IMG/VR virus record: IMGVR_UViG_3300037068_000153 | Span: 13,173-77,172 of that record | Reading direction: 5' to 3' (one strand) | DNA from: a virus | Length of the DNA: 64,000 nt | Part shown: in pieces, positions 1-9,255 of the stretch | Layout: every line of letters starts with the position of its first letter | Numbering within the stretch: position 1 is the first letter of the stretch | Position numbers and translations under genes: made by a program | Notes under the pieces: model-generated | Seen by the model: the letters and a program-made list of their open reading frames with translations, nothing else | What the model was told of the DNA's origin: nothing | Database searches by the model: none

Positions 1-200
1 CGCCCGATCAACCGTTCGTCGGCCTGATGTTCATGAACGACAATTCCCCGTCGCCGGACAGGAAGGACGCCAGCGGGCAGCCCTTCATCAACACCAACTT
101 CCGAGCCATGAACGCGTCGGAGTGGGCGCGCTTTGCGCCGATGATGCAGGCGCTCGACGCCAACTGGCGGCCCAACGCGCTCCAGCCCGGCGCGTCGTAG
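1..200 (+). CDS. 3' end of a hypothetical protein running in from the left edge
   Basis: Open frame from position 3 (PDQPFVGLMF...NALQPGAS) to TAG at 198-200, with GC3-rich codons. Confidence 0.55.
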   Translation, partial: PDQPFVGLMFMNDNSPSPDRKDASGQPFINTNFRAMNASEWARFAPMMQALDANWRPNALQPGAS

Positions 201-340
201 TTTCGTTCCCCAGAGTTGTGCGTAAATTGCCGTCCAGTATCTACGTCGGCGGCAACGATGTTGAATCTCGAGATATATGCATCGTGCACGCTCTACTGAT
301 GCGGTGTTGCCCCGAGCCGCGGAGATTCGGGGCCCTTTTA

Positions 341-421
341 GGGCGCGTAGACCGTTAGGGACGCGGGGCGGCCTGTAGAGCCGCAGCTTCGGCCGGCGTG
401 GTTCGACTCCACGAGCGCCCA
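341..421 (+). tRNA. tRNA-Tyr (anticodon GTA), long variable arm, CCA not encoded
   Basis: Acceptor GGGCGCG/AGCGCCC plus discriminator A. Anticodon stem GCGGC/GCCGC with loop CTGTAGA (GTA at 375-377). 12-nt variable arm with a GC-TTCG-GC hairpin. T arm CGTGG-TTCGACT-CCACG. Confidence 0.9.
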
Positions 422-437
422 CTTTTTGGAGGTTCGT

Positions 438-629
438 ATGCCACGCTCGATTCAGACGACCATCAACGTGGGCGACGGCGTCTGCGATCTTTGCCGGGGA
501 AGCGAATTGGTCGCAGGATGGCTGATCCCTAATAACTCCCCGGCGGTGCGCACTCGCCTTTGCCGGACATGTCTGCGCTGCGTCGCCGCTGCTCTCCGCG
601 CCGTCAAGCGCGAGCTGGACCGCAAGTGA
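438..629 (+). CDS. small Zn-finger protein
   Basis: GGAGG before ATG 438; CDLC...CRTC; the stop overlaps the next GTG. Confidence 0.6.
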   Translation: MPRSIQTTINVGDGVCDLCRGSELVAGWLIPNNSPAVRTRLCRTCLRCVAAALRAVKRELDRK

Positions 630-1228
630 TCGACGTCAAGATCAAGCTCCTGCGTCCGACGGCGCGGCTCCCCGAGCGCATGACCGCGGGCGCGGCGGGG
701 CTCGACTGCCGCTCGGCGGCGCGGACGGAGGTGCGCGTCTACCCGGACTGCCGCGCCGTCGTGCCGCTGGGCTTCGCGGTCGAGGTGCCCGAGGGCTGGG
801 TGGCGCATCTCGTGCCGCGGTCGGGACACGCGTTCAAGCACGGCGTGGTCGAGTACTGGGGCACGATCGACAGCGATTACCGCGGCGAGGTCAAGGCCCT
901 CCTCTTCAATCACGGCGACCGTGCCTACGACGTCCAGCCCGGCGAGCGCGTGTGTCAGATGATCTTCTCCCGCGTGCCCGAGGTGACGCTCACGGTCGTC
1001 GACGAGCTGTCGGGCACGGCGCGCGGGGAGAACGGTGTGGGGAGCACGGGGCGCGGGGAGAGTCTGGGCTTCTGCCGTTGTACGTCCCCGAGGGGGAATG
1101 TGGACTCTGAGAGCTGTTCGACGTGCGGTGGAATCTGGAAAGCCGTGCGACGCGCTGTCATTGTCCATGAACAGCATTGTGCTATCAGCACAGGCATTTG
1201 TAATTGTAGCGCCAGAAGGGGGTCATGA
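626..1228 (+). CDS. dut: trimeric dUTPase with Cys-rich C-terminal extension
   Basis: Motifs AGLD, PRSG, GTIDSDYRGE, ERVCQ and RGENGVGSTG. GTG start in a GTGA overlap. Confidence 0.93.
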   Translation: MIDVKIKLLRPTARLPERMTAGAAGLDCRSAARTEVRVYPDCRAVVPLGFAVEVPEGWVAHLVPRSGHAFKHGVVEYWGTIDSDYRGEVKALLFNHGDRAYDVQPGERVCQMIFSRVPEVTLTVVDELSGTARGENGVGSTGRGESLGFCRCTSPRGNVDSESCSTCGGIWKAVRRAVIVHEQHCAISTGICNCSARRGS

Positions 1229-1458
1229 CCGCCCGTCGCTGCTACTGCGGCCTCGTCCGCGTTCCCGGCCGACCCTGCGGCCACGGCGCGCCCGCCGGCG
1301 CGTCGCCCCGCGAGCTCAAGCGCGCGGCGTCGAAGCTGCGCCAGCGGGAGGTCCTGCACGCGTCGCGCAAGGCGCCCGGGTATATCAAGCGGCGCGAGAT
1401 CCAGGCGGCCTGGTCGCCGCCGGTCGGCGTCTTCCCCAAGTTCAACGGAGGTCGATAG
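1225..1458 (+). CDS. hypothetical protein
   Basis: ATGA-coupled to dut. Confidence 0.5.
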   Translation: MTARRCYCGLVRVPGRPCGHGAPAGASPRELKRAASKLRQREVLHASRKAPGYIKRREIQAAWSPPVGVFPKFNGGR

Positions 1459-1460
1459 CA

Positions 1461-1664
1461 ATGGACTGGATCGTGTTCGCCTACGCGTGCGGCTTCGGTC
1501 TGTCCTCAGCGGCCATCGCCATGGGCGTGTCTCTGATCTGGTATGAGCCGCTGCGGCGCGACCTCGAGCGCGTGCAGCGTAGGCTGCGCGCCATGGAAGA
1601 GGCGGCTGAGGCCCGCGAGGCGAATGACCGCAGGTACGAGGTCGAGCGCGGGCCGCACCGATGA
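1461..1664 (+). CDS. small membrane protein
   Basis: GGAGG SD; N-terminal hydrophobic helix followed by a coiled coil. Confidence 0.55.
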   Translation: MDWIVFAYACGFGLSSAAIAMGVSLIWYEPLRRDLERVQRRLRAMEEAAEAREANDRRYEVERGPHR

Positions 1665-2062
1665 TCGTAGGCTTCACAGGCACCCGCGATGGCATGACGC
1701 GCGAGCAGGGTGAGCGCGCCGCGCAGATCGTGCACGAGCAACGCCCGACCGAGGTGCACCATGGCTGCTGCGTCGGCGCCGATGCGGAGTTGCACGCCGT
1801 CGCCAAGTGGTTCTGGTCGGTCGTTGGGCACCCCGGGCCGCAGGGGCAGCACCGCGCCGAGCTGACCGGCTTCGCGCGCCTGCACCCCGCCAAGGACTTC
1901 GGCGACCGCAATCAGGACATCGTCGACGCCTGCGACGTGTTGGTGGCCGCGCCCAAGGAGTACAGCGAGCAGCCGAGCGGTGGCACCTGGCAGACCGTGC
2001 GCCGCGCGCGCCGCGCCGGCAAGCGTGTCATCATCGTATGGCCGGATGGATCGACGACATGA
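1661..2062 (+). CDS. SLOG-superfamily (DprA/YspA-like) nucleotide-binding protein
   Basis: GFTGTR, HHGCCVGAD, RNQDIVD and SGGTWQTVRRA motifs. Confidence 0.8.
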   Translation: MIVGFTGTRDGMTREQGERAAQIVHEQRPTEVHHGCCVGADAELHAVAKWFWSVVGHPGPQGQHRAELTGFARLHPAKDFGDRNQDIVDACDVLVAAPKEYSEQPSGGTWQTVRRARRAGKRVIIVWPDGSTT

Positions 2063-4206
2063 AACTCGTCTCCTTCGACACGGAGACGCACCTAATCCGC
2101 GCGGGCTGCCTCGCCCCGCGCATGGTGTGCCTGTCGTTCGCCATCCCGCATCTGACCGGCGCCGTCACGGGCGTCGTGCTGCGCGACCGCGGGCTCGAGC
2201 TTCTGCGCGGTTGGCTCCTCGATCCTGAGATCCACTTCGTCCTGCACAACGCCCCCTACGACTTCGGCGTCGCGTGCGCCGAGGACCCCGAGCTGGTGCC
2301 GCTCGTGTTCGACGCCTACGCCGCCGGGCGCGTGCGCTGCACCTCGACGCGGCAGAAGCTGCTCGACGTGGCTCTGGGCATGCGCAAGTGGCGCCGCTAC
2401 CGCGGGCGCGTGGTGCGCGCGTCGTACGGGCTGAGTGACCTCGTTGAAATGTACTTCGACCAGCACCTCGAGAAGGTCGACACCTGGCGCTTGCGCTACT
2501 CCGAGCTCGATGACGTCCCGGTCGAGCAGTGGCCCGAGGCCGCGCGCGCGTACGCCATTTCCGACGCGGTCGAGGCGCTGCGCGTGCACGACGCGCAGGA
2601 GGAGGCCATCAAGGAGTACTTCGGCGAGCTGCCCAACCAGGCCGAGCAGCAGCGCGCCGCCTGGGTCCTGCACCTCATGTCGATGTGGGGCATCCGCGCC
2701 TCGGGCGAGCACGTCGAGGCGTTCGAGCGCCACTGCCGCGACGAGATCGAAAAGATGGAGCGCTCGCTCTTCTGGTCGTGCGAGGAGTGCGGCCGCGACC
2801 GCGACGAGCACGATGACGTGTCGTGCCCGACCTTCGCCAACACCGGGATCTTCAGGACCGACAAGAAAACGGGCGAGCCCAGGCGCAACCCCAACGGCAC
2901 ACCGCAGCGGATCATGAAGGAGATCATGGACCGCGTCGTGATCTCGCTCGAGGCGCAGGGCGCCACCGTCCCGCGCACGCCGACGGGCCTGCCCAAGACG
3001 GACGCTGACACCCTGCTCCTCACCGATGATCCCGCGCTCCATGTCCTCGCCGAATCGATGTCGTTCGCCAAGCACCTCGGCCAGTGGGGGCCGGTACTGC
3101 GCGCCGCCGTAGACCGGCCGGTGTGCTGCCGGTATATCGAGCTGGTCGAGACCGGGCGCACGGCGTCGTCGGGCTCCGAGGGGCAGGAGGGAACCAACGT
3201 GCAGAACCCGCCCCGCAAGGGCGAGGTGCGGCCGGCGGTGGTGCCCCGCGAAGGATACGTGTTCTGCTCCACGGACGCGGACGCCATCGAGCTGGTGGCG
3301 CACGCGGAGAATTGCCTCGACCTCCTCAAGTGGTCGCGCACCGCCGAGACCATCATCCAGTGGAAACAGTCGGACGGCCCCGACCCGCACGAGGCGCTGG
3401 CGGCGAGCATTGTCGGCACGACCCCGGCGGCGCTCCAGGCTGCGGTGCGCGCCGGCGATCGCGACGCGGAGGACGCGCGCCAGTTCGCCAAGATCCCGCA
3501 GTACGGCTTCCTCGGTGGTCTCGGCCCGCGCGTGTTCGTCGCCTACGCCGCGGCGCAGCTCGAGCGTGAGCAATTCCTCAAATGGTTCCACGTCGACCGC
3601 CGGGTGGCGGAGAAGAAGGCCAAGCAAATCCGCGAGGCGTGGTTCGAGTACGCGCCGGAGAACCGGCCCTACTTCCAGCTCATCGAGAAGATGATGAACG
3701 GCGAGCGACTGGCGACCGTGCGGCAGCTCATGTCCGGCCGCATCCGCGGCGGCGCGCGCTTTACGGCCATCGCCAACGGCTTCTTTCAGGGCCGCGTCGC
3801 CGATGCCATGAAGGAGATCCTCTTCCGGCTCGGGGACGAGTGTTATACGGGGCGCTGCACGAGCGCGCACCGCCACGGTGGGTCGGGCGACTGCACGCAC
3901 CAGGGCCGGTCGATCCTGGTCGGCTCGCGGCCGGTCATGTTTCTGCACGACGAGCCCATCCTCGAGCACCCGGAGAACGGGACCGAGGGCGATCGTGGAC
4001 GCCGGCAGCAGGCGGTCGTGCTCGAGGGCTTGGCGAAGTGGTTTCCGCGCGTCCCGTCGGGCAGTACGTTCGTGCTCATGCGGCGCTGGCACAAGGGCGC
4101 CAAGCCGATCAAAGGCTCGCCGCACCTGCCGGTCATGCCGGTCAAGGACGCGGAGGGCAAAACGCGCTGGGTGCACGACTCGGGCGCAGAAAGGATGGCG
4201 GCATGA
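2059..4206 (+). CDS. polA: DNA polymerase family A with 3'-5' exonuclease
   Basis: Exo motifs FDTET, HNAPYDF, YAISDA; TGR; motif A DADAIE, motif B RQFAKIPQYG, motif C HDE. ATG 2059 in an ATGA overlap. Confidence 0.92.
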   Translation: MKLVSFDTETHLIRAGCLAPRMVCLSFAIPHLTGAVTGVVLRDRGLELLRGWLLDPEIHFVLHNAPYDFGVACAEDPELVPLVFDAYAAGRVRCTSTRQKLLDVALGMRKWRRYRGRVVRASYGLSDLVEMYFDQHLEKVDTWRLRYSELDDVPVEQWPEAARAYAISDAVEALRVHDAQEEAIKEYFGELPNQAEQQRAAWVLHLMSMWGIRASGEHVEAFERHCRDEIEKMERSLFWSCEECGRDRDEHDDVSCPTFANTGIFRTDKKTGEPRRNPNGTPQRIMKEIMDRVVISLEAQGATVPRTPTGLPKTDADTLLLTDDPALHVLAESMSFAKHLGQWGPVLRAAVDRPVCCRYIELVETGRTASSGSEGQEGTNVQNPPRKGEVRPAVVPREGYVFCSTDADAIELVAHAENCLDLLKWSRTAETIIQWKQSDGPDPHEALAASIVGTTPAALQAAVRAGDRDAEDARQFAKIPQYGFLGGLGPRVFVAYAAAQLEREQFLKWFHVDRRVAEKKAKQIREAWFEYAPENRPYFQLIEKMMNGERLATVRQLMSGRIRGGARFTAIANGFFQGRVADAMKEILFRLGDECYTGRCTSAHRHGGSGDCTHQGRSILVGSRPVMFLHDEPILEHPENGTEGDRGRRQQAVVLEGLAKWFPRVPSGSTFVLMRRWHKGAKPIKGSPHLPVMPVKDAEGKTRWVHDSGAERMAA

Positions 4207-4481
4207 GCCCGCGAAGCGCTATCTACTGCGAGCACGCCAACGAGGTTCCATATAGCTGCTCGTGTGATGCTGAATGCTACTGCAAAGAACATACGTGCAA
4301 ACGCAGTCCCCTTGTCGCGCGCATGATGCAAACGGCGGCCGAGTTCGACTATCACCAAGCCTACGGCTGCACAGAATACGTAACGTGGAAAATTCAGTTT
4401 GCGATGATCTGGGCGGTCATCGCGTCGATGATGCCAAAGCCCCGGGAGCCTTCACGCTGGACCATGCTGGAGATCGAATGA
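4203..4481 (+). CDS. Cys-rich hypothetical protein
   Basis: ATGA-coupled on both sides; CEHANE..CSCDAECYC. Confidence 0.55.
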   Translation: MSPRSAIYCEHANEVPYSCSCDAECYCKEHTCKRSPLVARMMQTAAEFDYHQAYGCTEYVTWKIQFAMIWAVIASMMPKPREPSRWTMLEIE

Positions 4482-5059
4482 ACATCCTTCTCAGCATCGA
4501 CCCCGGCCTGCGTGGCTGCGGCTGCGCCCTATGGCGCGATGGCGAGCTGCAATGCGCAGAGTACGTTCGCGGCTGTAAGGACAACGCGGCGGCGTTCGCG
4601 GACGTGGTCGAGGAGATGGGACAAGAAATTGAATCATGGGCTCAGCACGAGTCAAATTTCGATTTCCTGACATTCATTGATTCATGGCTCGTCATCGAGC
4701 GCCAGCGCGTCTACGGCGGGCGCGCCGCGCGCGGCGATGCGTCGGATCTCATCGACGTGGCGGTAGTCGTCGGCGCCATCGTAGGTCGCCTGGGCGTGCC
4801 GACGCGTATCATCCATTCACAGGACTGGAAAGGCACCATAAAAAAGCCACGGACAAAAGCGGAATACCGCCGCGATGGCTACGTGGTCGAGAACCGGACG
4901 CAACGAGATCTAAGCCCCGAGGAGCTGGCGAGAATCGAGCTCGTCAAGAATTGGGACGACAATCTCGATGTATGGGATGCCACGGGCATCGGGCTCTGGG
5001 CGCTACGAGCGACAGGAGCGCGGGCATGGGAGAAGAGCGGGTCGAGATCGCAGTCCTGA
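4478..5059 (+). CDS. RuvC-like Holliday junction resolvase
   Basis: SIDPG, LVIE, WK and C-terminal DVWDATGIG acidic motifs. Confidence 0.8.
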   Translation: MNILLSIDPGLRGCGCALWRDGELQCAEYVRGCKDNAAAFADVVEEMGQEIESWAQHESNFDFLTFIDSWLVIERQRVYGGRAARGDASDLIDVAVVVGAIVGRLGVPTRIIHSQDWKGTIKKPRTKAEYRRDGYVVENRTQRDLSPEELARIELVKNWDDNLDVWDATGIGLWALRATGARAWEKSGSRSQS

Positions 5060-5250
5060 GCGTGGAGCAACTGTTTGTCGTCGCCGTCGAGGGCGTCGGC
5101 ATCGTGCGGCACATGTGCTTCAACGTAGGGTCAGCGATCAAGTACATGTGGCGAGCGGGATTGAAGCCCGGCGAGGCATCGGTGAAAGACTTGAAAAAGG
5201 CGATTTGGTACATCAACGACGAGATCGCCAGGCTCGAGAAGAAGCTCTAG
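5026..5250 (+). CDS. DUF3310-like protein (putative nucleotide kinase family)
   Basis: FNVGSAIKYMWRAGLK...DLKKAIWYI signature. Confidence 0.75.
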   Translation: MGEERVEIAVLSVEQLFVVAVEGVGIVRHMCFNVGSAIKYMWRAGLKPGEASVKDLKKAIWYINDEIARLEKKL

Positions 5251-5768
5251 TCCTTCCGCGCCCCCGCCCGCATCGCGAAGTCCACGTTCGGCCAGCTCTC
5301 CACCGGCACGTCCCCGCCCAGCCGCTTCGCCCAGGCCGCGATCTTGACCGCCATCGGCAGGTTCACCTCGCGCTCGCCCGTGGCCAGCATGTGCAGATAC
5401 TGGCGCGAGCGGCCGAGCTCCGATGCGGCGCGGCCGAAGCTGATGCCTTGGTCGTCGAGCATGCGGCCGAACACGGTGCGCCGCTGCGGCTTGGGCCGCG
5501 GGCGCATGCGGCGGACGCGGCCCAGCTTGTCGATCTCGTCGCCAAGTGCCTCCCACTGCTCGATGGGGTACGATAGCCCGCGCGTCCGAGCCCAGACCGC
5601 GATGCGCGCCGCCATGCGCAGGCTGACGCTTTCGCGGTCGTGCATGATCTGCCCGAAGTAGCCCAGTGAGCAGCCGATCTCCTCCGCCGCCTCGTTGGGC
5701 ACGACGCCGTTGCCAACGACGAATTGACCGAACTTGGTGAGCTTCCTGGCTTTATCAGATCGAGGCAT
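5247..5768 (-). CDS. transcription regulator with two tandem XRE-like HTH domains
   Basis: Internally duplicated halves: AAEEIGCS..ESVSLRMAARIAVWA..PIEQW and AASELGRS..EVNLPMAVKIAAWA..PVESW. Confidence 0.75.
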   Translation of the reverse strand: MPRSDKARKLTKFGQFVVGNGVVPNEAAEEIGCSLGYFGQIMHDRESVSLRMAARIAVWARTRGLSYPIEQWEALGDEIDKLGRVRRMRPRPKPQRRTVFGRMLDDQGISFGRAASELGRSRQYLHMLATGEREVNLPMAVKIAAWAKRLGGDVPVESWPNVDFAMRAGARKD

Positions 5769-5799
5769 CGACGCTAAAGCTCGCGCGCGGAAGCGTTTT

Positions 5800-5814
5800 T
5801 GTCAACAGAATTCT
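5800..5814 (-). promoter_or_regulatory. conserved phage promoter, extended -35 (AGAATTCTGTTGACA)
   Basis: Copy of the AGATTT(T/C)(A/T)GTTGAC motif upstream of the HTH gene. Confidence 0.65.
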
Positions 5815-5820
5815 AGCGGG

Positions 5821-6234
5821 CTACGGGGCGCTTTCGACGGCGCGCGCCCGTCGCGATTCGAACGCGGCGGGCCAGTGGGCGTGATTGACGAGGCAGTTGG
5901 CGAGGTGCGTGAGCAGGAACAGGAGCACGTAGAACGCGTACTTGCCCGCCTTCTCGACGGCGCTCTTGGTGGTGGCGCGGGGCACCTGGAGCTCGACGCC
6001 GGCGGGCAGCCGAAACTTGTCGGTCTGCTCGGGCGTGTCGCGCCGACGCTTGGCGCCGCCCCCGAGAACGACCACCATGGCGCCCTCGACGCCGTCGAGC
6101 CGCGCGTTGATTTGCCGGGTGAAGGTATTCAAGCCGATAGCGAGGTCAGCAACAGCCCTAGCGGTGAGCTTCTGACGGTCGGCGATCGTCGACTGGAGCC
6201 GTAGAATCTTCTCGTCGGTCGTCTCGTCGGCCAT
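5821..6234 (-). CDS. membrane protein in lysis cassette (holin candidate)
   Basis: GGAGG SD; coiled coil plus C-terminal TM helix; downstream of the endolysin. Confidence 0.5.
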   Translation of the reverse strand: MADETTDEKILRLQSTIADRQKLTARAVADLAIGLNTFTRQINARLDGVEGAMVVVLGGGAKRRRDTPEQTDKFRLPAGVELQVPRATTKSAVEKAGKYAFYVLLFLLTHLANCLVNHAHWPAAFESRRARAVESAP

Positions 6235-6380
6235 GGGGCCCGTCCTCCACCGCGGTTTTAAACTCTCCTACCGCGCGGACCATCATAGCAAATTCCTCGT
6301 TCGTATCGCCCATGTCCGCCTCCTCTTGTGGCGCGTTTCGCTCGCGCTCTAGATGCGACAATACGCCGCGCGTTATCACA

Positions 6381-6926
6381 CTAGTACCCATGACACGCCT
6401 GGATGTGCATGCGATCGCTCCGCGTTTTGAAATCGGCGCCGCAGACGAGACCAAGCTGACGCGCGTCGTCGAGCCACGCCTCGGGCAGATCGTTTAGGGG
6501 GCCGACAGCGCGCCGCGGGTCGCCGAGCGGGCAGGGCGCCACCAGCCGATTAGTGTTTTCGTTGGCGTCTATAGCGATGCCCCAGCTGTGGGTCGAGTAC
6601 AGCTGCGAGCCCGGGGGCGCGCCGCGCTGCAGCCGCGGGGAGAAGCACGCCAGCTTGACTAGCCGGTAGGGGTCGCCGGAGCGCACGCGCGCGGACCAGG
6701 CGTCGAGCAGCCGGCCGAGCAGCGGGGCGAACATACGGTGGCAGTAGATGGCCTGGCGCGCGTTGGGGATGAAACCGTGCTCGAGCGTCGCCATGTTGCG
6801 TCGCTCCCAGGCCCCGTCGACCTCATAGTCGCGGCCGACGAGGTGTACCTTCGGGTCGCCGTAGACTTCGACGATCTGCTCGAGCCCGTCGGGCACCTGC
6901 GCCGGGATGACGTCGGCCGAGCCCAC
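6381..6926 (-). CDS. endolysin, peptidase M15 family
   Basis: R...STHSWGIAID...DRMHIQ zinc peptidase motifs. Confidence 0.85.
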   Translation of the reverse strand: MGSADVIPAQVPDGLEQIVEVYGDPKVHLVGRDYEVDGAWERRNMATLEHGFIPNARQAIYCHRMFAPLLGRLLDAWSARVRSGDPYRLVKLACFSPRLQRGAPPGSQLYSTHSWGIAIDANENTNRLVAPCPLGDPRRAVGPLNDLPEAWLDDARQLGLVCGADFKTRSDRMHIQACHGY

Positions 6927-7162
6927 TATGCGGGCTCTTCCGTCTTGGACGCTGATGCGATCTCGGATTCGATCTCAGCGTCGCGAGCCTTTACGGCCGC
7001 CTCGGTCGTGGCGCGGTCCTGCGCGGTGGCGGCGAGTTGCGCCTGCAGCTTGACCTCGAGGTCGGCCAGCTCCTTGAGCTTCGACGCGTCGTAAAGGTCG
7101 GTCCCTTCGGTCAACGCCAGCTGCACCAGCGAGATGAGCAGGGAGAGCTCGGCCGGCGTCAC
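6926..7162 (-). CDS. coiled-coil protein in lysis cassette (spanin-like candidate)
   Basis: Hydrophobic N-terminus plus coiled coil; translationally coupled. Confidence 0.45.
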   Translation of the reverse strand: MTPAELSLLISLVQLALTEGTDLYDASKLKELADLEVKLQAQLAATAQDRATTEAAVKARDAEIESEIASASKTEEPA

Positions 7163-7881
7163 TTGGACACCGCCTGGAGGTCGGCGATCAGTGCTTCGAT
7201 CTGAGCCGCCATGCTCGCGAGCTGCGGCAGGTAGGCGGTGAAGTCCTTCCAGTTGCGGCTACCCTTGTCGGCCGCCTGGCGCACGGTGTCAGCGGTGGAG
7301 AGCAGATCGGCGCCGGCGGCGAGCCCGGCTAACGCCTTGTCAATCTTGGGCTTGTAGGCACTGAACTCGGTGCGCGCCTGCGCCACCTTGCCGGCCGTGA
7401 TCTCGCTGTGCAGCGCATCCGTCTTGGCCTTGTCGATGCCATCGACGACGCGGTAGCCCAGCGACACCGTCTTGCCGAGCGTCATCTCAGCGAGGATCGT
7501 GTCCTTCTGCGCGCTGGCGCACCCCGCCAGGGTCAGGGCGAGCCCGAGCGCGGTCAGGAGCGCCAGCACCAGCATCACACCGGTGGTCACCATGCCCGAC
7601 TGCTTGCGCGCGGCGGGGTCGGCGGGGTCGCGCACGGTCCAGGTCACGAACGGGATCGAGACGGTGAGCCCCATCCATGTCTTACCGTTGAGCGTCGCCG
7701 CGAACGAGGGCAGGTCGACGAGCACGAAGTGCCCGGCGCGCGCGTACCAGGGAGCGCTCGCCGAAGGCTTCGGCCAGCCCCGGGCGATGATGGTGGCGAC
7801 GGCGATCCAGCCGCCCAGGATGGTCATGATGGCGGCCCAGTGCGCGCCGGCCAAAGTCTGCAATTGTCCTAGCATTTGCAT
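7159..7881 (-). CDS. membrane protein with internal lipobox (holin/spanin-like)
   Basis: N-terminal TM helices, then a hydrophobic stretch ending LAGC, then a helical domain. Confidence 0.5.
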   Translation of the reverse strand: MQMLGQLQTLAGAHWAAIMTILGGWIAVATIIARGWPKPSASAPWYARAGHFVLVDLPSFAATLNGKTWMGLTVSIPFVTWTVRDPADPAARKQSGMVTTGVMLVLALLTALGLALTLAGCASAQKDTILAEMTLGKTVSLGYRVVDGIDKAKTDALHSEITAGKVAQARTEFSAYKPKIDKALAGLAAGADLLSTADTVRQAADKGSRNWKDFTAYLPQLASMAAQIEALIADLQAVSK

Positions 7882-7947
7882 CACCCCTACGTTGACGACA
7901 GGATAGCGTTTTTGCGCGGCATGGGTCAAATCGAGCCACTCGTTAGA

Positions 7948-7991
7948 AGATTTCTGTTGACAAACTAGATGGCAAGGCGCAAGCTCTCATC
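7948..7991 (+). promoter_or_regulatory. sigma70-like early promoter, probably leaderless
   Basis: AGATTTCTGTTGACA-N17-CAAGCT-N6-ATG(7992). Confidence 0.65.
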
Positions 7992-9255
7992 ATGACGATG
8001 CAGCTGCGCGATTGGACGACGGGCGAGGTCATCCGCGACGCCACGGCGCTGGAGGTGCAGTGGTGGAACCGCGTGATCAAGCCCGCCAAGGTGGGTTACA
8101 TGATCATCGAGGACGGCACCGACGACGGGCAATACGTGACGGTCGGCGAGGGCCCCGATGTCGTTTGAGGTGCCCGTCGTCCAGCCTACGATCGTCATCG
8201 AGGCCAAGCGCGCGCCGCACGGCGGCGGTCTGCCAGCTCTCGAGCCCGAGCGCGACGACTTCATCGAGCCGTTGCTGCCGCTCACGCCCGCCTGCGACAG
8301 CGACGTCTGGTGGTGGTGCGGCCCGCGCGGCGACCGGCGCGACGGTGGGTACCTGCGCAAGTCCTACGTGGTGGGATGAGAGGAGAAAATTTGATGAGCA
8401 TCAACGACAAAAAATCCGTCTTCTTAGAAGCTAAGCGCGTCGCGCGCCGGGCGGAGCGTATCGTCGCTATCGTCCGCGGCGCTATCGTTCGCGGCACGAG
8501 TGACTTCGCCGAAGAGCAGATAGCCGCGCAGAAGTTGCGCGCCGCGGCGCATAAGTTCGCCCGCACCGACCCGGCCTCCGATGCGGGTGAGCTGAGCGAG
8601 GCCGCGCTCTACGCCGCCGCGGTGGCGTTCGTCGAGCAGTTCCAGAAGGGGATTGATCCATGATCACCAAAGAGCAGGCCGCGGAGCTGCGCAGACATCT
8701 GCAAGACTATCGTCAAGCCACGCGAGAGAGCGACGACTACGACCAGTGGCGGCACCCCGAACCTGTCTATCGTGAGCGTCTCAACAAACGCCTCTATGAG
8801 ACGCGCCTCGCGGTCGAGAATTACATCGACGAACTGACGGAGAAATGACCATGGCCACCGAAGCAGCGACTCACGACTATGTCCCGGCGGCCATGCGCCC
8901 GTACACGCACCAGATCGCGCCGGGCGTCTCACGCGTGCGCTTCACGCGCGCGGGCGTCGGGGCGAGGTACTGGATGGTGGTGATGGGGGTGATCGTCGGC
9001 GAGCTCCTGGAGGGCCGCGCCTCCGCCATCTACCTCGCGCGTGGTCAGGCCCCGCAGCTCTACGCGTCGGTCGAGGCGGTCGACGCCGCGGTGGCGCAGG
9101 AGGCGCGCCGATGAGCTTCGACGAGAAAAAATTGCGCGATGCACTGCAGGGCATCGAAAAGCGCGGGCGGACGATGAGCATCAGCGACGTCATCTGCACA
9201 TGCGGCGCGACGCCGGAGCGTGAAGACGAGTAATGACAAAGGGATGTGATTGAAA

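Noticed and set aside
309-340. Hairpin plus T run upstream of the tRNA as a terminator
   Set aside because: Large loop and short U tract; it could equally be a processing structure, so support is insufficient.
341-421. tRNA as a prophage attachment site
   Set aside because: Phage-like genes follow directly, no integrase is present and no second copy of the tRNA 3' end was seen.
2059-4206. 2-aminoadenine (Z) genome system
   Set aside because: No PurZ, DatZ or MazZ-like gene is recognisable in this window.
6158-6313. Possible frameshift fusion with 5821-6234
   Set aside because: The downstream gene has its own GGAGG SD at normal spacing.
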